A stretch of 64,000 nt of DNA from Iphione sp. A-MEVVRFRX5. Its lineage: Eukaryota. How positions within the stretch are numbered: position 1 is the stretch's first letter; every line of letters starts with the position of its first letter. Where the stretch lies: contig OZ320317.1 of assembly GCA_976226885.1 (NCBI GenBank), positions 40,858,001 through 40,922,000 of the forward strand, in the 5' to 3' direction. Both the position numbers and the translations under genes were made by a program. The notes below the pieces were generated by a model. That model had not been told where the DNA came from. It did not search any database and saw only the letters and a list, made by a program, of their open reading frames with translations. This document shows, piece by piece, positions 61,050 to 64,000 of this stretch.

Positions 61050-63195
61050 ATTTATGTTTTGTGCAAAAATAGTGTATCACCATATGCATTGGCATCACTG
61101 ATGCAGATTTGATGCATGATGGGATATGTCAAAAGTAGACATAATAATATTTGGTTAAAATGTACTGGTTAAACGACTCAATGGATAAAAACAACACATA
61201 TGGCAAAAGGTTCATTGATCTATCAAAAATTCTAATTTGTCTGATCATATAAAAATCAGACTAGGGCTCCCAGTAAATATACTTAATTAAGATCATTGCG
61301 TCTAACTGTGACCACATAGCCACGTCAGGTGTGACAGAAACAGCTCTATCTGATCATTACTTAACCTTCGAAATCAAGCGGATGAAGAAAGTTAGGGAAA
61401 AAAGGTCGATAAGAATAGTCTGGGACAGTGCAAACAGTGCTGGGAAACTCAAATTGGTATGACCCTTATAAAAACAATAGTGTTGATAAAGCCTGGTCAT
61501 TATTGTATTTGAAAGTTTTAGTGTATCGTGAGGATGGTCGTCTTATGGTGAAAAAGGATATTATATATTATAATTATATACCTTGGATTAACTCAACATT
61601 AAGCCAGATGAAATGCTATCAGTTATTGTGAAGAAAAAGTCTTCTAACGCAGAGAGCATTTTGACTCTGTTGTTCAAACAAATCTTTACAAGATATCTTC
61701 AACAACTTCTCCACCTCATTATCTTTCTAAATCCCAAATTGTTGTGCCTAAGATTTGAAAGTGTGCTAAAGTTTTACCTTTGTCTAAGGCTAATGATAGA
61801 GCAAAGGCGGATAATTTGAGGCCTATATTCTTTCTTCCAATAAGATTCTCGAAAAACTACTTTACGACTCTTCAGAGTAATACAAATTACTATATAATCA
61901 ACAGTTGGGTTTGAGGAGAAGGAGGGGAGACAAAGAAGCTAAATTTATAATTCTAACTGATCTGACATGTACTTATGTTTTGTGCAAAAATAGTGTAGTG
62001 ACATCCTGATTAACAAATTAAAAAATCAATTTAACTTTTCTGACAGTGCTCTATCATGGTTTAAGATTATTTACATAACTGAACCAAATATTGATTTGTT
62101 AATAGATCTTAACCTAGTAAACTTTTAACTAATGTCCCACAGGGACCAACATTAGGTTCCTTTATTTCTCTTTATTTATTAATGGCCTCCTCAACATATT
62201 GGAAGAAATGATCACATTTTTTGCTGACTATACCCTTATTCTTGTCCCCGACAATAATTTTCCAATGATTAGAATTGAAAGTACAAAATGTATGTGATAT
62301 ATTATTGCTTAGGTGTAAATGTAATAAACTCATTAAATGTTAACAAACTAAAATAATGCCTGTTTAATGTAAAGCTACTTTGCCAGAAACTAGTAATATA
62401 TCCATAGCTGTTGATAATATAGAAAATGTAGATTGTTGTAAATACCTAGGTGTCTGGTTCGATTCTGACCTAAAATATTAAAAAGGAGTTCAAAAGAGTT
62501 CATGCGAAGGTAACACAAAAAATCTTTGTCTTAATATAAAATCAAAACCACTCTTAGGTTTCAGGATTTACTGGCCTTATATAAATGTTTTATCTTGCCA
62601 CAGGGGGATATTCCACTGTGTTTCTCTCCGGCAATACTGAGGAAAATTTTAAACTTATGCAACGCCTATAAAACAGATGGTTAGCAATAATATATACCGG
62701 AAATAAATATATTGATGAACAAGAAGCAGGTACTAATTCTACCACGGAGAATCTTCATATGCAATATCATCTCATGAGTATGTTCAGAAGATAGGAACAT
62801 TTTGGTGTAACTATTTTTCATAATTTAGTGAATCTAGGCCTATTAAAAGTGCAGGATATAGTAGCTGCAAAAAGGCAAATGGAAGGTAGATCAATAATTG
62901 TGTCAATTCCAAAAACCAAACAATTTCAACAAAAAATCATTACTCTACTCAATTACCAGAAGATCGAATGAGATATATACTTTGTGTAGAAATGTCATAA
63001 CCATGGACGAATTTAGATGTCATGCAGTATTTTGTCACTTAAATATCATAAATAATAACCCTGTGATGTAAACAATAATACTTGTAGTTACCATCTAATT
63101 ACTATACTATGGTATTGTACCTTTTATTTTTTTTCCTCCAAAAGTGAAAAAACCGTCCTGTTCAGGATGATTACTTGAAATAAAATATTATCATC
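61050..63195 (+). pseudogene. Decayed L2/CR1-like LINE ORF2 with 3' end
   Basis: WLNDS, SGVTETALSDHY, N.RPI..LP, DSALSWFK, VPQG..LG, FFADYT, KYLGVWFDSDL; AATAAA plus att/atc tail near 63180. Confidence 0.85.
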
Positions 63196-64000
63196 ATATA
63201 CATCAAGAGTGTGTCAAAGGGGAAGTTGGGCTCGAGGTGTGCAGTAGCTGTTGTGTTCATTTTCATTGCTGAACCTTAAAAAATAGCCAACTGAAGAACA
63301 GAGGCCAAAGTCTGGACATAAAATACTATCACACATCAGCCATTCAATATCTTCCGTTTTATGACTTTCCCATTAACATACGTGATATATATATGAGTGG
63401 GCGGTATAGGCATGGGGAGATCCTGTACCTCCAAGGCCTCCCGTTGAATATATTCTATATGGCCAGGACTGTGTCAGAACACAGCTGATTCAATTGTTAT
63501 TTCAATTAAGGGGAATGGAGTATGAAAGAGTAGCATCCTGGCCATGCTGCCCCTCCATGCTTCAGGGGTTTTCCATAGCAGGCGCCTCCTCGGATCAGCA
63601 TTAGTCCTATCTTGTAGCTAATCGCGACGCCTGCTAATCCATTCTTTGGTAAGTAGCCACTGACAGCCCTATCAGGGCTGTCATTACCACCAACCACGCT
63701 GTTACTGAGATTACTGATACTGATACCATCACCTACTGCCAATCCCCAGCCACAGGTAAGCAGCCATCAAGTGCAAGTTTCTGTAAAAGGCGTGCCTCAA
63801 TTAGACAGTTTATTGACCCAAAATCTATATGGCCACCGTCACAAGTATCAGCAATAACTATCATACCTCTATGAGCATCATCACACTCTAAACTGTGGAA
63901 AATATGTACTCTGACAATACATACTTTTATCACATACTACAACATAGCAACTCTTAATCGAAGTTCAACGCATTTTGCATTACCTTCTGGGTGCAGTTAG

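Noticed and set aside
63506-63933. Two adjacent minus-strand ORFs with a hydrophobic stretch
   Set aside because: No recognisable family, and no splice or start context to support a gene
1-64000. Prokaryotic operons, rRNA, intact tRNA genes or host protein-coding exons
   Set aside because: None recognisable by eye; small host exons cannot be excluded without RNA data

Overview
Eukaryotic, repeat-dense, gene-poor window, probably from an invertebrate animal (inferred from the TE repertoire; no host gene could be supported). It is dominated by retroelements. (1) The 3' end of a Ngaro-type tyrosine-recombinase (YR) retrotransposon with an intact YR (1-1552). (2) A nearly intact ~5.8 kb CR1/L2-group LINE (~6980-12752) with three ORFs: an ORF1 with a C-terminal NADAR/YbiA-like domain, a stand-alone SGNH esterase ORF, and APE-RT. 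(3) A full-length Ngaro element with split direct repeats A1...B1-A2-B2 (15754-19715); it lacks the YR catalytic domain and has a -1 frameshift-like signal at the gag/pol junction. (4) Decayed DIRS1, LINE, Penelope (one with a hammerhead-like motif), hAT and possibly Polinton-like remnants, plus several MITEs and satellites. The strongest candidate for an undescribed system is the NADAR- and esterase-carrying three-ORF LINE. All domain calls come from visual motif recognition; no database searches were run. Boundaries of decayed elements are approximate.
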